From the NCBI RefSeq assembly GCF_001194135.2, contig NC_068981.1, forward strand, positions 60,728,445 to 60,762,579: a stretch of DNA of 34,135 nucleotides, read 5' to 3'. How positions within the stretch are numbered: the first letter of the stretch is position 1; every line of letters begins with the position of its first letter. The notes beneath the pieces are model-generated. The model made no database searches, was not told the DNA's origin, and saw nothing but the letters and a program-made list of their open reading frames with translations. The translations under genes were made by a program, and so were the position numbers. Of this stretch, positions 12,952 through 24,616 are shown in pieces. This DNA is from Octopus bimaculoides. Its lineage: Eukaryota.

Positions 12952-13365
12952 GTGCTACAGTATGTCTTTGCTGATCTTGGGAAAGTCTCATCTCACTTCT
13001 CTCTTGAGACTCCATCTGATGTGCTTCAGCATGCCTTAGCTGATCTTGAGAAAGACGCATCTCTCTTCTCTCCTGAGACTCAATTTGATGTGTTGCAGCA
13101 TGCCTTTTCTGATCATGAGAAACTGTCATCTTTCTGTCTTGGGTCTCCATCATCCGTGCTGCAGCATACGTTTGCTGATGTTGAGTCTACTCTCCCTTCT
13201 CTCTTGAGACTGTATTTGACGAGCTTCAGCATGAATTTAGTGTTCTTTGGAAAGTGTCATGTCCCTTCTGTACTGAGACTCCATCTGACGTACTGCAGCA
13301 TACCTTTGCTGATGTTGAGAAAGTCTCATGTCCCTTATTTCTTGAGACTCTCACCTTCGGTTTCT
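12952..13365 (-). repeat. About 6 copies of a 69-bp coding minisatellite (23-aa STPR-like repeat) in the Helitron ORF
   Basis: Unit such as gtgctacagtatgtctttgctgatcttgggaaagtctcatctcacttctctcttgagactccatctgat (69 nt); copies are diverged and some have small deletions. Confidence 0.88.
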
Positions 13366-14433
13366 GAATTCCTTGCTTTATAGTTGTTTCCGGAGAGATT
13401 ACGATTTTTTCTTATGTGGCATATTTTTTTCAATATTTTAAACAAAAAATTATCAACACAGAAAAAAGTGTACATTAATCTCTAGTTTTGTAAGCAGATG
13501 TATGTATGTAGTATGTCTATATTTTTGTATGCAGCATAAATTAATTAAATATAAGCAAATTGTAAATACCTTGAAAATGCTGCGATACTTATGAACCGTT
13601 AATTGAACGCTAGATGTGTATTTTTATATAACCTGGACTTTCCACGTAATTGTTTTTTGTCAAGCGTTTCACCTCCAGCCGTTCTCGTTACATATGTATA
13701 TTTATGTGTAGATGTATGTGTGTGTTTAATAACGTATGTAACGGGCCCGCAAACACACACAGACACATACATATTCATATACAAAATATTACGATAAGCA
13801 CACATACACTCTCACACACAGTTACATACTCACATACATATAGTAAGAAAGACACATACAGACATGCATTCACTCATGTCAATCGTCACATGTGTATATG
13901 TATGTGTGTGCTTAAACACACACAGTCATAGAGACATACACGCTCATACACGCACACACATACACACATACAGAGGCACATGCACACTCATGTATGTGTC
14001 GTCATCGTGGTATGGGTATAAAATGTCCCTTACTATCTCGTATGTGTCGTATACGCAAATACGCACATAAAAGAGAAAGAATAAAAGTGAAGCAATATTA
14101 TATCACACAGGAAAGTCAATTTGTAGACAGACATTACAAATCCCATTTCAGCGTATACAGCTGTAGAAGAAAATAGCTTGAGTGAAAAAAAACTTGAGCC
14201 ACGCATGAACACAGGGTGGCGTGGTTGAATTCTCATTGGTTAGTAATGAAGGCTTGTCGGCTGTATCGCAACGGTTTTCGATAGAGGGAGTAATGTAAAT
14301 AGTGTATTTAAATAGACGGAGTGCCAAAAATTTGAAATAAGTAAATTAATGTTGGTTGGAGAACGTAAAAAATAGCGTGAAGACAAAGATTTTTACGTAC
14401 GCCAAAACTGGAATACACTGAAGTTAATTTTCA

Positions 14434-14549
<116 letters not shown>

Positions 14550-15019
14550 CAGACAGACAGAGTGAGTGAAAAAACAGGCGTAAGCTTAATCTTAATGAGA
14601 GGAAGTATTGCAGTAGGACAAAGAAATAGAAGCGATAGACAAGTAGACAGAGAAACGAGGGAGAATCGCTTGAAAACTGCAAAAGTCAAAGGGAAGAAAT
14701 CTTTTGAAAACTACAGTTTTTAGAGTAAAACCAATGTGAAACATTTTTTTTCTTGGTCGGTTTCTCGCATTACGCGGGAACTCTTAGGAAAATGTTATAG
14801 TGTATGACTATCTTTGGCACATAATTAATACGTGTGTAAACTTTGGTGAAAATCGTTTCAAAACTGTAGAAATGCATACGTACTGCATACACGCACACAG
14901 ACATCCTTTGTTTTATATATATATAGATTACCAGTATATATGTGATATCCATGGAGTCTCTCATTACTGATTGATATTTCCTTTCATTTTATTAATATCT
15001 ATTCTCTCAGTATACATAT

Positions 15020-16405
15020 CTTGTACAACTCATTCGATCCCTTAAGCCTAACAACAGATATCGGAATCAAGATGTCCTCTGATTAAACCTGATTTTCGGT
15101 TCGCATGTTTCAGCCAAGATAGCTGGAAAATTTTCTGCCGCTTTGGACAAATGTTTTCCTAAATCTAATCGGTATCATACTATTTTTAATCGGCACACCA
15201 TGAAGGTATCCTACGCCAACTCTACTAATTTAGAGCAGCTTATACATCGCATAAACAATAGCAAAATGCGGCAAAGCATCAATGACAGACCTACACGATC
15301 TAGCGAACATATGCATCTAAATACTAAGCAAGGAGATCTAAACCGCAATGATATACACCAATTTCGACCACATTATAGTAGAAGAAATGCTTATGATACG
15401 GCTAACACGGTAACAACGTCAGTAAATGGAATCGTAACTGCCTTATATACAAAACATACGATAAATGCTCATGAAGAGAAAAATCAAAATGTCCTTTGAT
15501 GAATGTCTGTATGAGTAAAAGTCTTGTTTATAAATGTATCGTGCACACAAGGAGTGGGGCGGAGACGGCTGATTCATTTCAGAATTGTTATCCTAACCAT
15601 GTCACCAGCTTTAAAACAATCAATAAGGGACATTCAACATCTTTGGCCGATTTTGTATAGCGACTGAAGGAGTATAAAGTGTAGTAGAACATGACTTGGT
15701 CCATAGTAAGGCACGCGAAACCATACAATTTCATTTCCAGGAGATGGCGTCTCTGCTCCGCGGAATTCCTGTCTATTCTGTAGGCTAATGAGAAGATTAT
15801 TCATAGACTTTAAAAACAGCTCTCGAGATGCCTACACGCATATAAATGTACTTTGGCACAATGCAATAGGAATGACTTTAAATAGCCATTAACATAATTT
15901 AATTTACTTTAAGGTATGAATGATTTAAGCTTCCTTTTAAACTTTCCAGTCTTACACCAAGTAGATAGTTAACTCGCTTTGTGATCATGAGTGCACCAAA
16001 CATCACGTGTACGTATGCTCAAATTTCCTCGGATGCTTGTATGAGCGAGTGTACTCGTGCCATGCAGCTCACCCGTTTACACATCCAAATTTGTTAACGG
16101 TTACTTTTAATACTATTGCGTGTCCGATTCTCTTTTTTTCTCCCATCTGTAATTTTCTTTTTGATCTATATAAATGATGGTATTTCCACCGTCTGGCTGT
16201 TTTTCTTTCTACAAAAACGAGAAGTTACATTGCATACTGTTATTTTAATGAGTCGTATCTAATTATCACCCGATGAGATACATCTGCACCACAGGATGCT
16301 CCTCAATCAGTTGAGTGTCAAACTCATGAGGGATCGATACTAGATCTGTCGAAACAAATGTCGTGATTAATAAATTCTCGTATATTCCATCTTCCGTCTT
16401 TCATT

Positions 16406-16410
<5 letters not shown>
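15020..16410 (+). mobile_element. Penelope-like element 3' part (linker, GIY-YIG endonuclease, 3' UTR/pLTR); Hydra-clade-like
   Basis: LDKCFPKSNRYHTIFNRHTMKVSY; one continuous frame from 15466 to about 15886: CS*REKSKCPLMNVCMSKSLVYKCIV...NHVTSFK..HSTSLADFV*RLKE..TWSIVRHAKPYN..RRWRLCSAE..SRCLH. CxCx5C spacing; the YIG part appears deleted. Ends at (TA)n. Clade name is inference. Confidence 0.82.
16261..16371 (+). ncRNA. Degenerate minimal type I hammerhead ribozyme motif in the PLE 3' end
   Basis: aattatcac-CCGATGA-gatacatc[long loop]gatctgtc-GAAAC-aaat-GTC-gtgattaat. Stem I atcac/gtgat; stem II imperfect; stem III 2 bp; the core has C in place of U4. Confidence 0.6.
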
Positions 16411-16444
<34 letters not shown>

Positions 16445-17355
16445 NNNNNNNNNNNNNNNNNNNNNNNNNNNNNNNNNNNNNNNNNNNNNNNNNNNNNNNN
16501 NNNNNNNNNNNNNNNNNNNNNNNNNNNNNNNNNNNNNNNNNNNNNNNNNNNNNNNNNNNNNNNNNNNNNNNNNNNNNNNNNNNNNNNNNNNNNNNNNNNN
16601 NNNNNNNNNNNNNNNNNNNNNNNNNNNNNNNNNNNNNNNNNNNNNNNNNNNNNNNNNNNNNNNNNNNNNNNNNNNNNNNNNNNNNNNNNNNNNNNNNNNN
16701 NNNNNNNNNNNNNNNNNNNNNNNNNNNNNNNNNNNNNNNNNNNNNNNNNNNNNNNNNNNNNNNNNNNNNNNNNNNNNNNNNNNNNNNNNNNNNNNNNNNN
16801 NNNNNNNNNNNNNNNNNNNNNNNNNNNNNNNNNNNNNNNNNNNNNNNNNNNNNNNNNNNNNNNNNNNNNNNNNNNNNNNNNNNNNNNNNNNNNNNNNNNN
16901 NNNNNNNNNNNNNNNNNNNNNNNNNNNNNNNNNNNNNNNNNNNNNNNNNNNNNNNNNNNNNNNNNNNNNNNNNNNNNNNNNNNNNNNNNNNNNNNNNNNN
17001 NNNNNNNNNNNNNNNNNNNNNNNNNNNNNNNNNNNNNNNNNNNNNNNNNNNNNNNNNNNNNNNNNNNNNNNNNNNNNNNNNNNNNNNNNNNNNNNNNNNN
17101 NNNNNNNNNNNNNNNNNNNNNNNNNNNNNNNNNNNNNNNNNNNNNNNNNNNNNNNNNNNNNNNNNNNNNNNNNNNNNNNNNNNNNNNNNNNNNNNNNNNN
17201 NNNNNNNNNNNNNNNNNNNNNNNNNNNNNNNNNNNNNNNNNNNNNNNNNNNNNNNNNNNNNNNNNNNNNNNNNNNNNNNNNNNNNNNNNNNNNNNNNNNN
17301 NNNNNNNNNNNNNNNNNNNNNNNNNNNNNNNNNNNNNNNNNNNNNNNNNNNNNNN
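16445..17355. other. Assembly gap (N-run) preceded by (TA)n
   Basis: Directly visible. Confidence 0.99.
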
Positions 17356-17904
17356 CTTTGAGCTACACTAGCTAAACAAATCTTTTTAATTCTTAATTTT
17401 AATTACCAATTTTTAATTTTTAATTTTTGATTCTAATTTTTTATGTCCCATTAAACTTTAAATTGTGATGACCCCTCCTCTCTTCATTCCTAACGTTGGG
17501 TATCTACTTTTAGCATTTTAGCTTTCACTGAATTACAGCTAAATATTCCTCCTAACCACGCTTATCTATATATTTGGTTGTTTCCCTGCCTCCTTTTTAT
17601 TACCCTTGACGGTCATAAAATGCCGTCTGTTTTTATCCTCCACTTTACAAATCTCTGTGAACACTTACCACGACCTTACCCCGCTGAAGAGTAATACCGG
17701 TCTTTTCCTTTTTTTATTTTTAACTTTATTTTCATTTTTTATCTTCTTTCTTTTCTCCTAATTCATTCACAACTTTCGTTCACTCTGATCTGCCTCTCTA
17801 GTATGATGCTTTGGTCTATCTAACTGTCATTCTCAAATTATATACTCTTTCTTACACTGTCCGCATGAACATTAACTGCTGGATTTATATGTTACAATAT
17901 ATAT

Positions 17905-17914
17905 NNNNNNNNNN
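17905..17914. other. 10-N assembly gap
   Basis: Directly visible. Confidence 0.99.
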
Positions 17915-17980
17915 CTATTTGCCTTAATTTCTCTATCTGTGGGTATTGGCATATCCCAGAGTATTGTTGCTGTTTCATTT

Positions 17981-17985
<5 letters not shown>
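17915..17985 (-). mobile_element. R4/Dong-type copy F: short RLE fragment
   Basis: ENETATILWDMPIPTDREIKAN, between (AAT)n and the 10-N gap. Confidence 0.75.
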
Positions 17986-18042
<57 letters not shown>

Positions 18043-18080
18043 GTTGTTATTGTTATTGTTATTATTATTATTATTATTCA
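17983..18080. repeat. (TTA)n/(TTG)n microsatellite
   Basis: Directly visible. Confidence 0.97.
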
Positions 18081-18290
18081 TATACACAAAACAGGTTATA
18101 TAGTGTTTAGGATAAATCCCAGCTGTTACTTCTTGAAGCACATCTGTTTATTCCGTTATCAAAATCCAATATGTATCCATTATTTCTGTATGTAAATGAA
18201 AATACACTTTAAACTTGGGGATTATAGAAATATTATTTGCAAAGTTATTGAATAAATAAAATGGGATAGTGGAAACTTTTGGGCATTATC

Positions 18291-18436
18291 TATTCTCCAT
18301 TACACGTGTTTCATTTTCTAATAGGAATCACAGAGATTTACATGTTAGATAGACACACAAGGAATTTCCTATTAGAGAAATCGTCAAACAGAAAATTTTA
18401 TAACATTAGAAAATGAAACAAGTGTAATGGAGAATA
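18291..18436. repeat. 32-bp inverted repeat pair (small MITE-like foldback)
   Basis: tattctccattacacgtgtttcattttctaat (18291-18322) versus attagaaaatgaaacaagtgtaatggagaata (18405-18436): one mismatch. Confidence 0.8.
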
Positions 18437-18468
18437 AATAAGGCAAAACAAATACCATTTTCCTATTT

Positions 18469-18500
<32 letters not shown>

Positions 18501-19341
18501 TACACACACACATATATGCATTCATGCATACATACATGCATGCTCACACACACATACATATTTGTATGCTTTGTTTATTGAGATGTCTACTTATAAAAGT
18601 GCTAGCATCGAATTTATGCTGTCGAGGTCAGATAAGCAAGTAATGTAGACATTGTGTATAACATTTTTTTTTTTTTAATGTTTCTGTTGCTATTTATTTC
18701 ATGTACCTGGAGCATCAGATGACCTGAAAATTTCATCCTAATAGAGGAGCGTCCTTTCTAGGTAAGATAAATCTCTCATCGGCTTAACAGCATAACGATC
18801 TGGATCTACATACCAGCAATATAAAGCTTTCTAGAAACTTTCCACCCATACGCAAATGCACACACATACGTACGTGTATACACAAAGAGATTCTACTTAC
18901 TCGCACACGCATGCACACGCACACACACAAACACACGTGTACATTCACGCATTGAAGTAATACTGATCCTATTAAAATTTGTACGTCACTATACAAACAC
19001 TTGATGTAAGAACTTTCAATTGCACTGAAGAAACACGCACAGCTACACACACTTATAATAGAGTCAGTATCATTTACAGACTCTCAGTATTCTATGCGTG
19101 TATGAGGATATGTATACTTGTGTGTAAATTGTTTATATAACATGTATATGCGTTCGTGTGTGTATGTTTGTATGTACAACCATTTTCCATTAACAGTTGT
19201 TTGTTTTTCCATTATCTATCTATCTATTTGAAATGCCTTTTACCTTCTCTGTCTCACGTTCTCTCTTTTCAAAATATTCTGTATATATAAACGCAACAAC
19301 ACACACACACGCACGCGCGCACACCCACAGTCGCACACCCA

Positions 19342-19342
<1 letters not shown>

Positions 19343-19407
<65 letters not shown>

Positions 19408-19433
19408 CATTATTATTATTATTATTATTATTA
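19343..19433. repeat. (TTA)n microsatellite
   Basis: Directly visible. Confidence 0.97.
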
Positions 19434-19506
19434 TGCAGGTCACTGCCTGGAATTGATCTTGGAATCTAATATTAGATTTATAAGCCCTAAAATTCACTTT
19501 ATAATT

Positions 19507-19800
19507 GCCCACGAGCATATGGTGTAGAGGTTAAGCGCGCGGAATATTAACCTCAAGATTCCGAGTTTGATTCCAGGCAGTGACCTGAATGTTAATAATA
19601 ATAATAATAATAATTACAACAACAACATCGAAAAATACCTTAGGAATGGGTACCCAGGTTCGAAATTTCCCCAAGACACCTGATGTAGGCTGGAGGGTAT
19701 ATTAGCCGAAACGTTGTGTTAACAACAAACAAGATGAAGACAAATATCTGTCAAATGTAAATAATCTATATAATTCCTCATCTCTTAAATATAGAACTGC
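19507..19800 (+). mobile_element. tRNA-headed SINE (family 3) with internal (AAT)n and a hammerhead-containing 3' part
   Basis: A-box-like tggtgtagagg (19520-19530), B-box-like gagtttgattcc (19563-19574), (AAT)n(AAC)n, then the HHR motif at 19675-19720. Confidence 0.72.
19675..19720 (+). ncRNA. Minimal type I hammerhead ribozyme motif
   Basis: GACAC-CTGATGtA-GGCTG-gagggtatat-TAGCC-GAAAC-GTT-GTGTT. Stem I GACAC/GUGUU, stem II GGCUG/UAGCC, palindromic AACGUU helix III, GUU cleavage triplet. The core deviates from CUGAUGA(A) by one base. Confidence 0.65.
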
Positions 19801-20519
19801 ATACATACATTGTTTTGATTTCTTACATTACCATATCGTTCCACCTCTCACCCTACTAGACATTCTATAACGTTAGATAGTTAGACCTAGCTCTTCAGCA
19901 TATCTCAAAAACCATTAGCGGGGAGTATTCATTACACATAATACCAGCAGACAAATGCAAAAGAAAAAAATGAGACTATAATGACAACATAAGAGACTTA
20001 GTAGAATCTCAATTGAGTTTCGTTTAGACCCTTCACAATCCAAACTAACACACATATTTTAGCAAATGAACATTTTATTAGACATATGCATCTGTTCTAA
20101 GTATTTGCTCACAGGCATCAAACTCTCTAACGACCACAAGCTCGTCATCATCACACCATAATGACAAATCAATAGACAAAATAAAGATTATCCCATATTC
20201 TACGCTTGGGAAGTAGCTTTTTTATAAGCGTGACTACTTGGTTGAGAATCTTGCTATTCTAGTATGAGATCTTAGTTCAGTCCCACTACTCGGCATCTAG
20301 GCTTTATAATTGCAGCCACAGGCCAATATACCTTCAGTGCTAGCATTCTAAAAGATGGAACACTTGTTCTTGCATAACTGAGGTTTGACCTTGATGGCTT
20401 CAGTTTTCTTTCTTGCGTTAATGAATAAAAATGGCCACTCTGCTGGCAGCGTGCACCAAAAACACACACAAGAAAAACAAGAAAACAAAAATAGGAATTA
20501 ATGATCCAATTTCTCTGGC

Positions 20520-20895
20520 CTGAACGGGCGTGTCATGAGTTTAAATTGCTCGAAGGCTTTCAGTATAATACGAGGACAGCGCTCTATCACGCAGAAGTGT
20601 GTATGAGTCGATTGCGAATTTTAAAAAGTAGGAAGAGGGAGTAGAACGTTCATCAGTCTCCACTACTGACGTGAAGATTCAACATACTCGAGAGATAGTT
20701 CTAGCAAAGTGACAAGTGACCATCAATTAGATAACGTGTTCTCTGCATATTAATCATGATTCTGCATAAAAAGTCCTCTACAGCAATCCTCGATTCCGTA
20801 AAGTCTGTGCAAGATGCGTGCCAAGAAGTCTTATCGAAGGGCATAAGCGCAATTGTGTGGAGATCTGTCAATGCCTACTCCACCACTACAACGAG
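20520..20895 (+). mobile_element. mariner transposase relic, N-terminal HTH region
   Basis: YEDSALSRRSVYESIANFKK..STTDVKIQHTREIVLA..FRKVCARCVPRSL..HKRNCVEIC (WVPxxL motif as CVPRSL); in-frame stops. Confidence 0.82.
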
Positions 20896-20999
20896 AAAGG
20901 TGCAGCTTATTTATTTATTTTTGTTTATTTTTGAAGAAAATAATCACTGGACCAAAATCCAAAAAGGCAGCGTATAGAGTGGAAATACCCACAATCAAC

Positions 21000-21450
21000 A
21001 GCAAAAAATAAATTTAAGACTCAAACTTCCGCAGAAAAAGCGTTGATCATTTGGAACGCAAAAGGGCCCGGAAAAGGCATCAACAGACTCCAATTAAATT
21101 CTGCATCCCGTGAATTTTGAGCATATCTCCTTGCTCTTGGGCACCACCTCGGTGTTATTGTCGCAGGCAGTGCGGTTGGAGTCTTTCTCAACCGTACTCC
21201 ACTCAGCAAGGTATGGGATTACAATCACAGGAATCGGGAGGCTAGAAACTGGGTCTGGAGAAGTCGTAGAAATTCACCGACAACCAGTTGTGACTCTTAC
21301 CGGGCTTATTGAATGGAGCCGATTCCAGCTATCTCACATATGGCCATTTCAGCGGCAACCTACTGCAGTCTAGATTTCATTGCTGCCTCCTGTAGCTCCT
21401 GAATTGAGCCTAAAGCTTTTTCTTGCAGTTTATGGATTAAAAGATGGATT
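21000..21450 (-). mobile_element. Tc1/mariner transposase relic, C-terminal catalytic region (different family from the 20.5-kb piece)
   Basis: WPYVR*LESAP..GKSHNWLSVNFYDFSRPSF*PPDSCDCNP (RPYVWQQDSAP...WPPNSPDCNP-like), then VEKDSNRTAC. Confidence 0.8.
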
Positions 21451-21519
21451 CCAGATTCAGAACGCTTACTGGTCCACGGCTTTGTAGTCTCCGTTAAGCC
21501 TTTATAAGGTATACAGAGT

Positions 21520-21800
21520 ATTGAGCAATAGTGTTTGTTCCTCCCACCTCTTGACAACCGATGTTGGTTTGATTCCGTCCCCATTACTTAACAATTTGGC
21601 AAAAGAAGCAATACAACTAAGTCAGGCTTCAAAAAAACAAAAACAAAAACAAAACAAAAGCAAAAAGAAAACAAAGAAAAATCCAAACCAAAAAACGAAC
21701 AAACGAAAATATTATAAGCACTGGGATCAATATCTTCGACAAAGTGGGACGCCAGCATAGCCGCAGTCCAGTAACTGAAACAAACTAAAGATAAAAGACA
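21520..21800 (+). mobile_element. SINE family 2, 3' half with A-rich insert
   Basis: cttgacaaccgatgttggt...gtcccc..tacttaac....ggcaaaaga...ccagcatagccgcagtc....actgaaacaa..taaaga; matches my recollection of the major octopod SINE. Confidence 0.65.
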
Positions 21801-22611
21801 AAAGATAACTAAAAAGTTAAATGCCTTTCAGGAATATAAGCCGAATTTATCAGCGCCAAACATAAAGGCTATGTTGAAAAGCTCTTATTTATAACAACGC
21901 AGGCTTTCCTTGCCTTTTGGAAATAAAAGCAGTTGAATTCGGACAATGATATCACGTCAACACATTCCCAGATGATGTCATATGTGTCAAACGCTCCCTG
22001 CTAAGATTCACCTTTGTTTTTCTTTATACAGCAAAACCCAGTCTAAACTTGGAATTACATATGTCGCAAGATAAGTGACACGTGAACACAATATTTGTAT
22101 TTTGTTACAGTGGCTGCGCAATCAACAATTTACTCCTAAAAGCTTACAGCCCATCACCAAAATAGAGGGGGAAAAGCAAACAAACGAAATGTTTCACACA
22201 TGTTAACGACTATATACATAAACAATGAAATTATACAAGAGACAAACCAATGAGAGAATTTAAGATCAGAAGTTCATGAAATCTGGTTGTGGTCTGCATC
22301 GGTAAAAGTTAATCCAGAAAACTTCATAGAAAAACAGATGGAAAAAAAAAATACAGACTTTATTTGCCGTGGGATAAATGTCTGAAATGTTAGATCTTTC
22401 ACTTGTCACGGAAAAATAACACACTATTTATTTTTCTGCGAACTTTATAATCTAATAAAAGCCAGGAGCAACTTGAAATAAGACACAACAATACCACACA
22501 CAGTGGTAATACACAACAACATCACCCAATTAATGCAAGTAGCAACAAAAGAAATAAAACGAAATTAAAGCATGTACATTAACTTATATGTACACACACA
22601 TACGTATATGG

Positions 22612-22662
<51 letters not shown>

Positions 22663-23608
22663 NNNNNNNNNNNNNNNNNNNNNNNNNNNNNNNNNNNNNN
22701 NNNNNNNNNNNNNNNNNNNNNNNNNNNNNNNNNNNNNNNNNNNNNNNNNNNNNNNNNNNNNNNNNNNNNNNNNNNNNNNNNNNNNNNNNNNNNNNNNNNN
22801 NNNNNNNNNNNNNNNNNNNNNNNNNNNNNNNNNNNNNNNNNNNNNNNNNNNNNNNNNNNNNNNNNNNNNNNNNNNNNNNNNNNNNNNNNNNNNNNNNNNN
22901 NNNNNNNNNNNNNNNNNNNNNNNNNNNNNNNNNNNNNNNNNNNNNNNNNNNNNNNNNNNNNNNNNNNNNNNNNNNNNNNNNNNNNNNNNNNNNNNNNNNN
23001 NNNNNNNNNNNNNNNNNNNNNNNNNNNNNNNNNNNNNNNNNNNNNNNNNNNNNNNNNNNNNNNNNNNNNNNNNNNNNNNNNNNNNNNNNNNNNNNNNNNN
23101 NNNNNNNNNNNNNNNNNNNNNNNNNNNNNNNNNNNNNNNNNNNNNNNNNNNNNNNNNNNNNNNNNNNNNNNNNNNNNNNNNNNNNNNNNNNNNNNNNNNN
23201 NNNNNNNNNNNNNNNNNNNNNNNNNNNNNNNNNNNNNNNNNNNNNNNNNNNNNNNNNNNNNNNNNNNNNNNNNNNNNNNNNNNNNNNNNNNNNNNNNNNN
23301 NNNNNNNNNNNNNNNNNNNNNNNNNNNNNNNNNNNNNNNNNNNNNNNNNNNNNNNNNNNNNNNNNNNNNNNNNNNNNNNNNNNNNNNNNNNNNNNNNNNN
23401 NNNNNNNNNNNNNNNNNNNNNNNNNNNNNNNNNNNNNNNNNNNNNNNNNNNNNNNNNNNNNNNNNNNNNNNNNNNNNNNNNNNNNNNNNNNNNNNNNNNN
23501 NNNNNNNNNNNNNNNNNNNNNNNNNNNNNNNNNNNNNNNNNNNNNNNNNNNNNNNNNNNNNNNNNNNNNNNNNNNNNNNNNNNNNNNNNNNNNNNNNNNN
23601 NNNNNNNN
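22663..23608. other. Assembly gap (N-run) flanked by (TA)n on both sides
   Basis: Directly visible. Confidence 0.99.
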
Positions 23609-24616
23609 TATATATATATGTTGTAAACGCCATAAGAATTTTAGTTAGATAGATAGATAAATGCATATTTATGTGTGCATGTGTATATATGTACGAAGAA
23701 AAATCCAGGTATATGAAACAACATACAATATTAATTTTCGATAGATCAAACATTTGTCTCTACTATAGAAGATACCAAATTTCAAGAATCAAGAATTTTA
23801 CGAAACTTAAATTCAATTAAGAAAAAGGACGGATTTATTGTCTGGAGGCAAACAGATACCCGAGGAAACGTGTTTCCTCCTTAATTGATATCATCAACAC
23901 GACGTTTGCTATACCCACTTTCCATTATCCAAGGGACTTCGGCATATAAAAAAAAGGGTAGAATACATTAAAGGCCAAAATAATTTGCATGAATTCGACA
24001 AAATTAAACTGAGAGATATGTCTTAGAGTGGTCAGAGGTAAGTATTTTAACAAGATGGTCACAGACAAGTATATCAAATAACACACAACTAAATCTTGAT
24101 TTAAAATTATCTGTGCCTAGAGTATAGGTCATGAGTATAAAATGGCAAATGAGAGTTGCTTCATATGAGAATGCGAGATATTTATCATTGGATAAATAAT
24201 TCTGAAAGGTGACGCGCCACTTGAGAAAAAACGTACAGTACAGCCTAGTATTTTAGAAGTTCGTATTGCAAATAGACGTTCCCGGTTCGAATCAAGTGTG
24301 CAACATCACCAACAAGTGTTATTCTTTATAGCCCCTAACTTTAGAGAGATGCGTAGATAGAAGTAGTACAGAAACACACCAGTGAAATGGATTGTACCTC
24401 TAATAGGATAGGATAGCTTTGGTACACATTTCATGAAGCTCATTCTGGTTTAGTATTACGTGAAAGAGGCACTTGTCTATGAAATGCTCAATGATATATG
24501 GGTTAATTCTATGGGTTAATAAGTCAGTTGGTCGAGTAACTGATATCTACTTTTCGAAACCTATGGAGAACTATCCATATCTATGAATATCTGTCTGTCT
24601 GTCTGCCTGTCGAATT

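Noticed and set aside
12952-13365. CRISPR-like array
   Set aside because: Contiguous diverged 69-bp coding repeats with no unique spacers, in a eukaryotic context.
15890-16260. SECIS element in the PLE 3' UTR
   Set aside because: ATGA..AA..GA words occur, but spacing and helix geometry do not fit by eye.
18700-18770. Strong donor-like TTCTAG|GTAAGA after a T-rich tract
   Set aside because: All frames of the candidate exon contain stops.
19507-19580. Functional tRNA gene
   Set aside because: No closed acceptor stem or proper anticodon arm, a degenerate B box, and it runs into a SINE body.
19900-20170. Possible LINE AP-endonuclease relic (LDICIC..SNDHKLV)
   Set aside because: One weak motif only; other APE motifs were not recoverable.
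20232-20410. Additional SINE heads here and at about 24250-24340
   Set aside because: Only short tRNA-like words (ttcagtcccact; ccggttcgaatc) remain; too degenerate to delimit confidently.
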